This document shows, piece by piece, positions 43,805-54,600 of a DNA stretch of 64,000 nt. Under the pieces are notes generated by a model. That model was given only the letters and a program-made list of their open reading frames with translations. It was not told where the DNA came from and made no database searches. Source of the DNA: TPA_inf: Saccharomyces (taxonomy: Eukaryota); assembly GCA_000146045.2 (NCBI GenBank), contig BK006944.2, positions 576,001-640,000 of the forward strand, given 5' to 3'. A program made the position numbers and the translations under genes. Numbering within the stretch: position 1 is the first letter of the stretch; every line of letters begins with the position of its first letter.

Positions 43805-46800
43805 ATGTCGGATCATGATACTCCAATGGAAAGCATACAAAATGGTGAAAATTCAGACGAAAGATTGAACGCCATTGCGTCTTTTTTCGGTTGCTCTTTA
43901 GAGCAGGTTAAATCATTTGACGGTGATGTGGTAAAACACCTTAACGATAAACTTTTACAGTTTAATGAACTTAAATCGGAGAATCTAAAGGTTACCGTCT
44001 CATTCGATGAATTGAAGGCTAGTTCTTTAAAGAAAATTGATGGTTTGAAGACAGAAATGGAAAACGTTATAAGAGAAAATGATAAAATCCGAAAAGAGAG
44101 GAATGATACTTTTGTTAAGTTCGAATCTGTAGAAAATGAAAAGATGAAATTATCAAGTGAGCTAGAGTTTGTGAAAAGGAAGCTCGATGATTTAACTGAG
44201 GAGAAAAAGGAAACCCAGAGTAATCAACAGCGAACCCTGAAAATACTGGATGAAAGACTAAAAGAAATAGAATTGGTCAGGGTTGAGAATAATCGCTCCA
44301 ATAGTGAATGTAAGAAACTACGCTCTACAATAATGGATTTAGAAACAAAACAACAGGGCTATATTACTAATGACCTGAATTCTAGAACTGAACTGGAAAG
44401 AAAAACACAAGAATTGACTTTATTGCAGTCAAATAATGATTGGCTAGAAAAGGAGCTACGTTCAAAAAATGAACAGTATCTCTCCTACAGACAAAAAACC
44501 GACAAAGTAATTCTAGATATCAGGAATGAATTAAATCGTTTAAGGAATGATTTTCAAATGGAAAGAACGAATAATGATGTTTTGAAGCAAAAAAATAACG
44601 AATTGTCAAAATCTTTACAAGAAAAACTACTGGAAATCAAGGGTCTATCCGACTCCCTAAATTCCGAAAAGCAAGAATTTTCTGCAGAAATGTCCCTAAA
44701 GCAACGTTTAGTGGACCTTTTAGAATCACAATTGAACGCTGTAAAAGAAGAATTGAACAGTATAAGAGAGTTGAACACTGCAAAGGTAATAGCAGATGAT
44801 TCAAAAAAACAAACTCCCGAAAATGAAGACTTACTTAAGGAATTGCAGTTAACGAAAGAAAAATTAGCACAATGCGAAAAAGAATGTCTACGTTTATCCT
44901 CTATAACTGACGAAGCAGATGAAGATAATGAAAATTTATCTGCAAAATCTAGTTCTGATTTTATATTCCTGAAGAAACAATTAATTAAAGAAAGGCGTAC
45001 CAAGGAACATCTTCAAAATCAAATTGAAACATTCATCGTAGAGTTGGAACATAAAGTGCCCATTATAAACTCTTTCAAAGAAAGAACTGACATGTTGGAA
45101 AACGAATTGAATAACGCTGCATTGTTACTAGAGCATACATCGAACGAGAAGAATGCAAAGGTTAAGGAATTAAATGCCAAAAACCAAAAGCTAGTGGAAT
45201 GTGAAAATGATCTTCAAACTTTAACTAAACAACGTCTCGATCTATGCCGTCAAATACAATACCTTTTAATTACCAATTCTGTTTCTAATGACTCGAAGGG
45301 ACCCTTACGTAAGGAAGAAATTCAATTTATTCAAAACATTATGCAGGAAGACGATAGTACTATCACAGAATCTGACTCTCAAAAAGTCGTAACTGAAAGA
45401 CTAGTTGAATTCAAAAACATTATTCAATTACAAGAAAAAAATGCAGAACTTTTGAAAGTAGTAAGAAACTTAGCCGATAAGTTGGAATCGAAAGAAAAGA
45501 AATCTAAACAAAGTCTTCAGAAAATCGAAAGTGAAACAGTAAATGAGGCTAAAGAGGCTATAATAACTTTAAAGAGTGAAAAAATGGATCTAGAATCAAG
45601 AATTGAGGAACTACAGAAAGAGCTTGAAGAATTGAAAACTTCTGTTCCCAACGAAGATGCGTCATACAGCAATGTAACTATAAAACAGTTAACCGAAACT
45701 AAGAGAGACCTCGAATCTCAAGTACAAGACTTGCAAACTCGTATCTCGCAAATTACTAGGGAGTCTACTGAAAATATGTCACTTTTAAACAAGGAGATAC
45801 AGGACCTGTATGACAGCAAGAGCGACATATCCATTAAGCTTGGAAAGGAAAAATCATCGAGAATATTGGCAGAGGAACGATTTAAACTACTTTCGAATAC
45901 GTTAGATCTAACTAAAGCTGAGAACGACCAACTGCGCAAAAGGTTTGATTATTTACAGAATACTATTTTAAAACAAGATTCCAAAACACACGAGACACTT
46001 AATGAATACGTTTCCTGTAAATCTAAGTTAAGCATTGTTGAAACAGAATTATTGAACCTGAAAGAAGAACAGAAATTAAGAGTTCATTTAGAAAAGAACT
46101 TGAAACAAGAACTGAATAAACTCTCCCCTGAAAAGGACAGTTTACGCATCATGGTAACTCAATTACAAACTTTACAAAAGGAGCGTGAAGATCTATTGGA
46201 AGAGACTAGGAAATCATGTCAAAAGAAAATAGATGAACTTGAAGATGCTCTCAGCGAACTTAAAAAGGAAACTTCTCAAAAAGACCATCATATCAAACAG
46301 CTGGAAGAAGACAACAATTCAAATATAGAATGGTACCAAAATAAAATCGAAGCTTTGAAGAAAGATTATGAATCAGTAATAACTTCTGTAGATAGTAAGC
46401 AAACTGACATTGAGAAATTACAATATAAAGTCAAATCACTAGAAAAGGAAATCGAGGAGGACAAGATTCGTTTACATACTTATAATGTTATGGATGAAAC
46501 AATTAACGATGATTCCCTACGCAAGGAGTTGGAAAAATCCAAGATTAACTTAACTGATGCTTATTCACAAATCAAAGAATACAAGGATCTCTACGAGACT
46601 ACCTCTCAGTCTTTGCAGCAAACGAATTCTAAATTGGATGAATCTTTCAAGGACTTTACTAACCAGATTAAAAACCTAACTGATGAAAAAACTAGTTTGG
46701 AGGATAAGATTTCGCTTCTAAAAGAGCAAATGTTTAATTTGAATAATGAGCTAGATTTGCAGAAAAAAGGGATGGAAAAAGAAAAAGCTGACTTTAAGAA

Positions 46801-49432
46801 AAGGATATCAATTTTACAGAACAATAATAAAGAAGTCGAAGCTGTTAAGTCCGAATATGAATCGAAGTTATCAAAAATCCAAAACGACCTTGATCAACAA
46901 ACTATATATGCTAATACTGCGCAAAACAACTATGAACAAGAACTACAGAAACATGCAGATGTTTCTAAGACGATTAGTGAATTAAGAGAGCAATTACATA
47001 CGTACAAAGGTCAAGTTAAGACCCTGAACTTATCGCGTGATCAACTGGAGAATGCTCTGAAAGAAAACGAAAAGAGTTGGTCCTCCCAGAAGGAATCTTT
47101 ATTAGAACAGCTAGATTTATCGAATTCTCGTATTGAGGATTTATCCTCCCAAAATAAACTATTGTATGATCAAATACAAATCTACACAGCTGCGGACAAA
47201 GAAGTCAATAATTCGACAAACGGACCTGGTTTGAATAATATTTTAATTACACTACGTCGCGAAAGGGATATTCTTGATACAAAAGTGACGGTGGCTGAAA
47301 GAGATGCAAAAATGTTGAGACAAAAAATTTCTTTGATGGATGTTGAATTACAAGATGCTCGTACTAAGCTAGATAATTCAAGAGTTGAAAAGGAAAATCA
47401 TTCTTCCATTATTCAACAGCATGACGACATTATGGAGAAATTAAATCAATTAAATCTATTAAGAGAAAGTAACATAACATTGCGGAATGAGCTGGAAAAC
47501 AACAATAACAAGAAGAAGGAACTGCAATCTGAATTAGATAAATTGAAGCAAAATGTTGCGCCTATCGAGTCCGAATTGACAGCCTTGAAATATTCTATGC
47601 AAGAAAAAGAGCAAGAGCTCAAATTAGCTAAAGAAGAGGTTCATCGTTGGAAAAAGCGCTCACAAGACATATTGGAGAAACATGAACAATTGAGCTCAAG
47701 CGATTATGAGAAGCTAGAAAGCGAGATAGAAAATTTGAAGGAGGAACTAGAAAATAAGGAGCGTCAAGGAGCGGAAGCCGAGGAAAAATTTAACAGGCTG
47801 AGAAGACAAGCGCAAGAGAGATTAAAAACATCAAAACTCTCACAGGACTCATTGACTGAACAAGTAAATAGTCTAAGGGATGCAAAGAACGTGTTGGAAA
47901 ATTCCTTGAGTGAGGCAAACGCGAGAATCGAAGAGTTACAAAATGCAAAAGTAGCACAAGGTAACAACCAGTTAGAAGCAATAAGAAAATTACAAGAAGA
48001 CGCAGAAAAGGCTTCAAGAGAGCTTCAAGCCAAGTTAGAAGAAAGTACGACTTCTTACGAATCTACGATAAACGGCTTAAATGAAGAGATTACAACATTA
48101 AAAGAAGAAATTGAAAAACAAAGGCAAATCCAGCAACAGTTACAAGCTACATCTGCAAATGAACAAAATGACTTATCTAACATAGTTGAGTCTATGAAAA
48201 AGTCTTTTGAAGAAGATAAAATCAAATTCATCAAAGAAAAAACCCAAGAAGTTAATGAAAAAATACTCGAGGCCCAAGAAAGGCTAAATCAACCTTCCAA
48301 TATCAATATGGAGGAGATTAAAAAAAAATGGGAATCTGAGCACGAACAGGAAGTATCTCAAAAGATTCGCGAAGCTGAGGAAGCCCTCAAAAAGCGAATC
48401 AGATTACCCACTGAGGAGAAAATTAATAAGATAATCGAACGAAAGAAGGAGGAATTGGAAAAAGAGTTTGAAGAAAAGGTTGAGGAGAGAATAAAATCAA
48501 TGGAACAATCTGGAGAAATAGACGTGGTGCTTCGAAAACAGCTAGAAGCTAAGGTTCAAGAGAAACAAAAGGAATTGGAAAACGAGTATAACAAAAAATT
48601 ACAAGAAGAACTCAAAGATGTACCACACTCAAGTCATATCTCAGATGATGAAAGGGACAAATTACGAGCAGAAATCGAAAGCAGGTTGAGGGAGGAGTTC
48701 AACAATGAACTGCAAGCCATAAAGAAGAAATCCTTCGACGAAGGAAAGCAACAAGCAATGATGAAAACTACCCTTTTGGAAAGAAAACTTGCCAAGATGG
48801 AATCTCAATTGTCAGAAACAAAACAAAGTGCCGAGAGTCCTCCGAAATCTGTTAACAATGTACAAAATCCATTACTAGGATTACCTAGGAAAATCGAAGA
48901 GAATTCAAATTCACCATTCAATCCGTTACTTTCCGGTGAAAAACTCTTAAAGCTAAATTCTAAGTCTTCATCAGGTGGATTTAACCCTTTTACCTCGCCA
49001 TCCCCAAATAAGCACTTACAAAATGATAATGACAAAAGGGAGTCGTTGGCTAACAAGACAGATCCACCAACTCATTTGGAACCCAGCTTCAACATTCCCG
49101 CCTCAAGGGGTCTAATATCTTCATCTTCCACTTTGTCAACTGATACAAATGATGAAGAACTTACTAGCAACAATCCTGCCCAAAAGGATTCATCGAACAG
49201 AAATGTTCAATCGGAAGAGGATACAGAAAAAAAGAAAGAGGGAGAACCTGTTAAAAGAGGAGAGGCAATAGAAGAGCAGACGAAATCCAACAAGCGACCT
49301 ATTGATGAGGTAGGAGAGCTGAAAAATGATGAAGACGACACTACAGAAAACATTAATGAGTCAAAAAAGATCAAGACTGAAGATGAGGAAGAAAAAGAAA
49401 CCGATAAGGTGAATGACGAGAACAGTATATAA
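43805..49432 (+). CDS. MLP1: Mlp1, myosin-like nuclear-basket coiled-coil protein (TPR homologue), 1875 aa.
   Basis: An 1875-aa ORF with ATG at 43805. It is almost entirely heptad-like E/K/L/Q-rich coiled coil with an acidic/Ser-rich C-terminal tail. Matches YKR095W. Confidence 0.94.
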   Translation: MSDHDTPMESIQNGENSDERLNAIASFFGCSLEQVKSFDGDVVKHLNDKLLQFNELKSENLKVTVSFDELKASSLKKIDGLKTEMENVIRENDKIRKERNDTFVKFESVENEKMKLSSELEFVKRKLDDLTEEKKETQSNQQRTLKILDERLKEIELVRVENNRSNSECKKLRSTIMDLETKQQGYITNDLNSRTELERKTQELTLLQSNNDWLEKELRSKNEQYLSYRQKTDKVILDIRNELNRLRNDFQMERTNNDVLKQKNNELSKSLQEKLLEIKGLSDSLNSEKQEFSAEMSLKQRLVDLLESQLNAVKEELNSIRELNTAKVIADDSKKQTPENEDLLKELQLTKEKLAQCEKECLRLSSITDEADEDNENLSAKSSSDFIFLKKQLIKERRTKEHLQNQIETFIVELEHKVPIINSFKERTDMLENELNNAALLLEHTSNEKNAKVKELNAKNQKLVECENDLQTLTKQRLDLCRQIQYLLITNSVSNDSKGPLRKEEIQFIQNIMQEDDSTITESDSQKVVTERLVEFKNIIQLQEKNAELLKVVRNLADKLESKEKKSKQSLQKIESETVNEAKEAIITLKSEKMDLESRIEELQKELEELKTSVPNEDASYSNVTIKQLTETKRDLESQVQDLQTRISQITRESTENMSLLNKEIQDLYDSKSDISIKLGKEKSSRILAEERFKLLSNTLDLTKAENDQLRKRFDYLQNTILKQDSKTHETLNEYVSCKSKLSIVETELLNLKEEQKLRVHLEKNLKQELNKLSPEKDSLRIMVTQLQTLQKEREDLLEETRKSCQKKIDELEDALSELKKETSQKDHHIKQLEEDNNSNIEWYQNKIEALKKDYESVITSVDSKQTDIEKLQYKVKSLEKEIEEDKIRLHTYNVMDETINDDSLRKELEKSKINLTDAYSQIKEYKDLYETTSQSLQQTNSKLDESFKDFTNQIKNLTDEKTSLEDKISLLKEQMFNLNNELDLQKKGMEKEKADFKKRISILQNNNKEVEAVKSEYESKLSKIQNDLDQQTIYANTAQNNYEQELQKHADVSKTISELREQLHTYKGQVKTLNLSRDQLENALKENEKSWSSQKESLLEQLDLSNSRIEDLSSQNKLLYDQIQIYTAADKEVNNSTNGPGLNNILITLRRERDILDTKVTVAERDAKMLRQKISLMDVELQDARTKLDNSRVEKENHSSIIQQHDDIMEKLNQLNLLRESNITLRNELENNNNKKKELQSELDKLKQNVAPIESELTALKYSMQEKEQELKLAKEEVHRWKKRSQDILEKHEQLSSSDYEKLESEIENLKEELENKERQGAEAEEKFNRLRRQAQERLKTSKLSQDSLTEQVNSLRDAKNVLENSLSEANARIEELQNAKVAQGNNQLEAIRKLQEDAEKASRELQAKLEESTTSYESTINGLNEEITTLKEEIEKQRQIQQQLQATSANEQNDLSNIVESMKKSFEEDKIKFIKEKTQEVNEKILEAQERLNQPSNINMEEIKKKWESEHEQEVSQKIREAEEALKKRIRLPTEEKINKIIERKKEELEKEFEEKVEERIKSMEQSGEIDVVLRKQLEAKVQEKQKELENEYNKKLQEELKDVPHSSHISDDERDKLRAEIESRLREEFNNELQAIKKKSFDEGKQQAMMKTTLLERKLAKMESQLSETKQSAESPPKSVNNVQNPLLGLPRKIEENSNSPFNPLLSGEKLLKLNSKSSSGGFNPFTSPSPNKHLQNDNDKRESLANKTDPPTHLEPSFNIPASRGLISSSSTLSTDTNDEELTSNNPAQKDSSNRNVQSEEDTEKKKEGEPVKRGEAIEEQTKSNKRPIDEVGELKNDEDDTTENINESKKIKTEDEEEKETDKVNDENSI

Positions 49433-49863
49433 AGGAGATAGTAAAAACAAGGGATCAATACAAACTAAACCTTTTTCAATGTGGAGGAGCTTCATTCTGC
49501 CCTATGTCAAGACCATTTGTAATATACGTACAACAGCATTCTTGTTTCATAAAGTTTATATATGTATAAGCTAAGATGAAGTCACGTAAATAGCTCAAAT
49601 GCCGATTTTTTAATACTCCAAACACAGAATCCTCTATATATGGAAATGGAATCATGAATCTTACGGTTTGTGTTTTGAATGTTCCAAACAGATTTTCTTA
49701 GTGTTCCGATCTCTGTTCCACCCACCAAACGAGAAAAAAGTAGGTCTTCGCGAAAACTCCAGCGACACCGCTGGTCCTTTAAGTTAAAATAATATGAATG
49801 GTGGAAGAACCCAGATCAACTTGACTGAAACAAGTCTGCCAACATAGACAGCTAAGAAAATTG

Positions 49864-50205
49864 ATGACAAGCAAACGGGAAAAGTCACTGGATCACACAT
49901 TGTAAGTAGAAGCAGTTTTTCAATGGGAAGACCGCACTGCATAGTTTACTAACTATTTAAACTTTCCAAACATTAGAGAACTAAAGATACCGTTTGAAAC
50001 GGAGCGACAAGCGACCATAGCAACCAAAGTCCTATCTCCGGACCCGATTTTGAAGCCACAAGATTTTCAAGTAGACTACAGTTCCGAGAAAAATGTCATG
50101 CTAGTCCAGTTCAGAAGCATTGATGATAGGGTGCTTCGAGTGGGAGTTAGCAGTATCATAGACAGTATCAAAACCATTGTGGAAGCCATGGACGTTCTAT
50201 CATAA
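49864..50205 (+). CDS. PCC1: Pcc1, KEOPS/EKC complex subunit (88 aa), two exons. Exon 1 is 49864-49901, the intron is 49902-49976 (75 nt, GTAAGT...TACTAAC...TAG), and exon 2 is 49977-50205.
   Basis: Exon 1 is ATGACAAGCAAACGGGAAAAGTCACTGGATCACACATT followed by gtaagtag. The branchpoint tactaac at 49947-49953 lies 23 nt before cattag|AGAACTAAAGATACCG. The spliced product is MTSKREKSLDHTLELKIPFETERQATIATKVLSPDPILKPQDFQVDYSSEKNVMLVQFRSIDDRVLRVGVSSIIDSIKTIVEAMDVLS*, 267 nt in frame. This gene is not in the ORF track. Confidence 0.88.
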
Positions 50206-50792
50206 ATAATTAGAACACCGTATTAGTGTACATATAGTATAAGTATCTAGACGGCATTCATGCACATCATAACTTAAATATTTAAAATAGCATTAAGATA
50301 AAAAAATAAAGAGAGGTATAGTTGCTAAATGTCCTGGGGTTGCGTGTAAATAAACAATTGTTTGCTTTGAGTAAAGCAAGCATGTGGATGGTAGATGAGG
50401 CCTTATTTACTCCCATTAGCTGGGTAACGCAGAAAGTTTTAATATGAAAGGGTGACGGCGCTTGGCGTTTTTCTTGGATTGTAGAAGTCATGCTAGGCCC
50501 TTGGAGTAAGATAAGAGAGAACAAATAAAAGCTTTGGCAAATATCAACTCAGACGTCTTTTTTAAAGAGGATATAGAGCTTTGGTGTTGGCCTATTTCCC
50601 ATCGCTGTTAAATTTCCGCTTTTTTGTTTTTTTTTTCCCTAAATTTGAGGAACAGCTGTTTATATTGATTTCCTTCTTTCCTGGTGCATATTGGTTGAAT
50701 CATCAACGCTTAACGACTAACAAATTAGATCCAGAGTTACAGACGGGTGAGATTCATATATAGACCGAAGGAGTTTCACAATCCACTATATT

Positions 50793-53700
50793 ATGCCAGA
50801 AACCTCTGTTCAGAATCCATTAAGGCTTTCTGAAAATGAAAATACTCGTTCGATGTTTCTGTCTGCATCACAGCAGCAGCGGCCATCTGCCACTCCATCC
50901 TTCCCTAGGTTGGTACGGAATACCACAGCAAATTTGAGTTTATCAGATTTTCAAGTGTTAAATCCGTCTTCTAAAAGGCAAAATTCAAACTCGGTTTACG
51001 ATGATATAAATAGCAGTAAGAGGCGAATAAGTAGACCTAGATTTTCAGATATCGAAGGAAAAAATAATGACCATACTTACCCAGAAAGAACAACAGTCAA
51101 GGAATCAGAGAAAAATCCTTCTCCCAGATATGTGAGTAGTTCGAAAAGGGCCCTGAAAAGGGAAAACTCAGTTGGAATTACTCAATCCTCTGCATTGATT
51201 TCGAAATCATTTAGTGAAAACGGCGGAAGCATTGCACATGAGAAATGGAGCCCGGAAAATATGATAAAACCACTGAACGTTTCACAGAATTCGCTAGCTT
51301 TCGTGGATGCAGGGTCAGATGAACAGTCCAAGAGTGAAATTGTAGGCGGTTTCCAGCGTAAATCTAATAATAGTCAAGAAATCAACGACAAGGATAACAG
51401 TGCCCGAGATCAGGATTTCAATAACAGTGGCAACAACAACAATAATAACAATCACAGTAGCAATAACAATGACAATAACAATAATAACAACGACGACAAC
51501 AACAACAACAATAACAGCAACAGCCGTGATAATAACAATAATAGTGATGATAGTAATGAAAGGGAAGAAAATGATTCCTGCAAGCCAGCAAGTAATAAGA
51601 GATCGGGCATTGCTCTAATACAAAAATTACAAGAATTGTACAAAGTGATAGTTAAGCAAGAAATTGAATTGCAGGAGCGGTGCTCACAACTAACAAACTC
51701 TCAAACCACCGAACTAAAAAGCTTGTGGACTATCTATAAAATCAATACAGATCTTGTTAACAATTATGTCACTTTTATCACTACAGCTTTACTACCATCC
51801 CAACCGCCTCACGATTTGGTCATCGGCCAAGAAATTGTCGAAATATATAGGATCGAAAGAAGGCTATGGGTTTACGGCACGATAACATTTCTAGACGTTC
51901 TAAAGAACTTTTCTAACTTCATGGATCCTGAAGTTTGCTGCCAATTTATCACTCACGTCTTTGTTTCATTATCAACTATGATTTCTGACATACCGTCCAA
52001 ATATTCTATCACTTGGTTACAAAGACTAGGAGACTTATCAAGAATGGCTATAGCACTATATCCCTCGAGTTTTATCGATTGGAAACTGAGTGCTGAGCAT
52101 TGGTATACTGAGGCGATGAAATACATATACAATCATGGAAAGCTATATTATCATATGTCTACCGTACAGCAAAACACTCTTGAAGCTTTTGTAAATTTGG
52201 GGAAAAGCGTCTTTTGTCAGGAAACATTCACTCCGTCTCCGCAATATATGCAATTGGTTATTGATAACATTTATCAAAGAGCCTTTGTAGAAAGAAATAA
52301 TGGCAATCTTAGAAACTCTTTATTAATTGAGTATTTGAAACATAGTGAAGCCATGCTATTACCCAGTTTTTTAGAAAGTCCAGATTTACAAAATGTCGTG
52401 TTGAGCTATTTCATTGAAAAGTTCGGTATAGATGCAAACGGTTGTAACATTTTTAACGCAGAAGATATGTTTGTTCAGAATCCTGATTTTTTCAAGTATT
52501 TCTTCAGGCATGGCCCCTCTTTTGCACAATCGCATATTTTACAAATTGTTGGATTTGGAGAGCCAAAAAACCCATTTGCAATTTTATTTGAATTGCCGAA
52601 GTATTTGAAGGAGAGGAAAGACAAGAAGGAACGTAAAAAATCTTCAAATAATGACTCCTCCGTGACGGAAAGTTCAACGGGCAATAGCCGAAATGACAAC
52701 GAAGATGACGATGAAATAATGAGTTCTACCACTTCCATATCTGATCACGATCTCTTAGCAGAATTCTTCAATGACATCGATACCTTAAGGCGTCCGATAC
52801 TGCCTTCAATGCTAACAAACGAAGCATGGTTGGAAACATTAAAGTTTCTAAATATGACCTCATTAAAATGCGGTATAATAGTGCTTCGGAAGTTTCTACA
52901 TGGGCCTTTAGGTATCGCATTACCCCATATCTTACCATGGATATACTTTATCATCTCAATTTGTTTGAAAAGCAGCCAATTGAGTGATCCAGTTAGTAAA
53001 GAATTCTGGATGATTATTGTTAAGAGAGCTTTTCCATGGGATACAATGGTTACCTTTATGAATGTTTTGATTGTGTATTTATTGGATAACCAAACATCGA
53101 ACTCTATTATTGGAGATTTATGCGATGACTACGATAAATTAAGCCTTTCTGAACTTTTAGAATTATTCAATGAAGGCGAAGAATTACCAGAAATTTTGGG
53201 CTGTTGGGGAACATTGTGGTTTGACACAATTTGCGAAAAGAATACGCATTCGATTAGTAGTGAAGATAATTTTCAAGAAATCGGTATAAAAGATTATATG
53301 GCATTGGATTCGCCGACAGATGGAATTATATTTGATGAAAAGGACGAAAATGGTGAAAAATTCTGGAAAAGGGCATGCAGAACCATATTTCTTTTTAGAG
53401 AGCTGTCAAGAAGTTTTCCAATAGGCGTAATAATCAGAAACGATCCGTTGATATATCGTTCATCATTTCAAAATACTAATATATTGGGAAGTTTAGTCTT
53501 CAAACTCGAACCCTTGTGCAATATACACAACAATATACCAGTATTAGGTGCCCTGGAAAGTATTATTGACATATCTGAGGCAAGAAGTGAAAACAACACT
53601 GATCTGCACGCTGTGCCGGAACTAAGTGTCAACGAGGGCGATAATATCTTCCACTATGTTGGCTACAAGAAACTTCGTGCCGATTATACGTGCTTCGATA

Positions 53701-54380
53701 AAAATGGAGAATTTTTAAGCGCCTCGCTTTACACTACATGGTATGTCCCGAACAGCAACAACACTAACATAGAGGACAACATCAATTATAACAGCGAAAA
53801 GGAAAATGAAGGTCTATTTCTGGAATGTATAAAATCTGATTATCCAGAAATAGATTTTAAAACTACATACTTTGTCTTTGATGCAACTTCTTGGCTAAGA
53901 CATTCCGCACGCATATTCAAGCTAGCTCAAAACAGACTGCTAAGATTTGCCATTTGTTTAACCACATTCCAAGAGCTGAGATTTTTACGAAAGTCAAAGG
54001 ACGAAAACGTCATGGAGGCTGCCACAAGAGGTATAATAACTATAAGGCAGCTTTACTATGAGAATAAAGTATTACCCCTAAGATTCACAGGTAATGTAGC
54101 GACACACATCGAAGAGAACTTAGAATTTGAAGAACAAATAACATGGAGGACACATGTCGACGAGTTTGTCATCGAATCCGTAATGAAGGCGCAAGAAAAA
54201 CTAGAGAGTGCCAGCGAACCGCGTCTTTCCCCTCGCCGCTTTAACTACGTAGTTCTGATATCTGACGACGACGCCATGAAGAAAAAAGCAGAAGAAAAAG
54301 AAATAAAAACGCTAAGCACACGATTTGTGTTTTCTTTGTGCACAAAACTTGGCGAACAGCGCCATCTGTGTACAGACTGA
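50793..54380 (+). CDS. ESL2: Esl2 (Est1-like / SMG5-7-like protein with C-terminal PIN domain), 1195 aa. It contains a long poly-Asn tract.
   Basis: An 1195-aa ORF with ATG at 50793. An Asn-rich run occupies aa 210-255. The C-terminal PIN-like region (FVFDATSWLRHSARIFKL...) and length match YKR096W. Confidence 0.9.
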   Translation: MPETSVQNPLRLSENENTRSMFLSASQQQRPSATPSFPRLVRNTTANLSLSDFQVLNPSSKRQNSNSVYDDINSSKRRISRPRFSDIEGKNNDHTYPERTTVKESEKNPSPRYVSSSKRALKRENSVGITQSSALISKSFSENGGSIAHEKWSPENMIKPLNVSQNSLAFVDAGSDEQSKSEIVGGFQRKSNNSQEINDKDNSARDQDFNNSGNNNNNNNHSSNNNDNNNNNNDDNNNNNNSNSRDNNNNSDDSNEREENDSCKPASNKRSGIALIQKLQELYKVIVKQEIELQERCSQLTNSQTTELKSLWTIYKINTDLVNNYVTFITTALLPSQPPHDLVIGQEIVEIYRIERRLWVYGTITFLDVLKNFSNFMDPEVCCQFITHVFVSLSTMISDIPSKYSITWLQRLGDLSRMAIALYPSSFIDWKLSAEHWYTEAMKYIYNHGKLYYHMSTVQQNTLEAFVNLGKSVFCQETFTPSPQYMQLVIDNIYQRAFVERNNGNLRNSLLIEYLKHSEAMLLPSFLESPDLQNVVLSYFIEKFGIDANGCNIFNAEDMFVQNPDFFKYFFRHGPSFAQSHILQIVGFGEPKNPFAILFELPKYLKERKDKKERKKSSNNDSSVTESSTGNSRNDNEDDDEIMSSTTSISDHDLLAEFFNDIDTLRRPILPSMLTNEAWLETLKFLNMTSLKCGIIVLRKFLHGPLGIALPHILPWIYFIISICLKSSQLSDPVSKEFWMIIVKRAFPWDTMVTFMNVLIVYLLDNQTSNSIIGDLCDDYDKLSLSELLELFNEGEELPEILGCWGTLWFDTICEKNTHSISSEDNFQEIGIKDYMALDSPTDGIIFDEKDENGEKFWKRACRTIFLFRELSRSFPIGVIIRNDPLIYRSSFQNTNILGSLVFKLEPLCNIHNNIPVLGALESIIDISEARSENNTDLHAVPELSVNEGDNIFHYVGYKKLRADYTCFDKNGEFLSASLYTTWYVPNSNNTNIEDNINYNSEKENEGLFLECIKSDYPEIDFKTTYFVFDATSWLRHSARIFKLAQNRLLRFAICLTTFQELRFLRKSKDENVMEAATRGIITIRQLYYENKVLPLRFTGNVATHIEENLEFEEQITWRTHVDEFVIESVMKAQEKLESASEPRLSPRRFNYVVLISDDDAMKKKAEEKEIKTLSTRFVFSLCTKLGEQRHLCTD
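51421..51550 (+). repeat. (AAC/AAT)n-rich codon repeat encoding the poly-Asn tract of ESL2 (NNSGNNNNNNNHSSNNNDNNNNNNDDNNNNNNSNSRDNNNNSDDSN).
   Basis: A direct sequence and translation reading. It also generates spurious overlapping ORFs at 51400-51643. Confidence 0.85.
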
Positions 54381-54589
54381 TCGTTCGTTGTACGTACATT
54401 TACAACAACACCAATTCTACTCACCGCCATAAATAACACTTTAATTTTAATATATACTTTTATATGCATATAACCAACTGACTTCCATACAATTCTGACC
54501 AGAGCACTTGGGCAGAGCCCCCACCCAGGGCCTTGTCGGAAAAAATCGGAATATCCCACACGATCCACCGGAGAATATCGGGACGCTGA

Positions 54590-54600
54590 CGGGTGAATGG
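54590..54600 (+). promoter_or_regulatory. Carbon-source responsive element (CSRE; Cat8/Sip4 site). CGGGTGAATGG is a perfect match to CGGNYSRAYGG, about 555 bp upstream of the PCK1 ATG. It is flanked by other CGG-containing repeats (tcggaaaaaatcggaatat; ccggagaatatcggg).
   Basis: An exact consensus match read from sequence. PCK1 is a classic gluconeogenic CSRE-dependent gene. Confidence 0.65.

Noticed and set aside
44554-49458. Several 60-150-aa antisense ORFs inside MLP1 (e.g. 44554-45003, 45718-45939, 46606-46824, 47764-48017, 48805-49056, 49207-49458).
   Set aside because: The purine-rich (GAA/AAG) coiled-coil coding sequence gives long stop-free antisense frames rich in Phe/Ser/Leu. There is no start or promoter context.
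51400-51643. ORFs 51400-51618 (+) and 51452-51643 (-) with poly-Thr/Ile and poly-Leu translations.
   Set aside because: They are frame and strand echoes of the ESL2 (AAC/AAT)n Asn-codon repeat.
54480-54540. Mig1-like GTGGGG box (revcomp of ccccac) upstream of PCK1.
   Set aside because: It lacks the required AT-rich 5' flank. It is not a confident Mig1 site.
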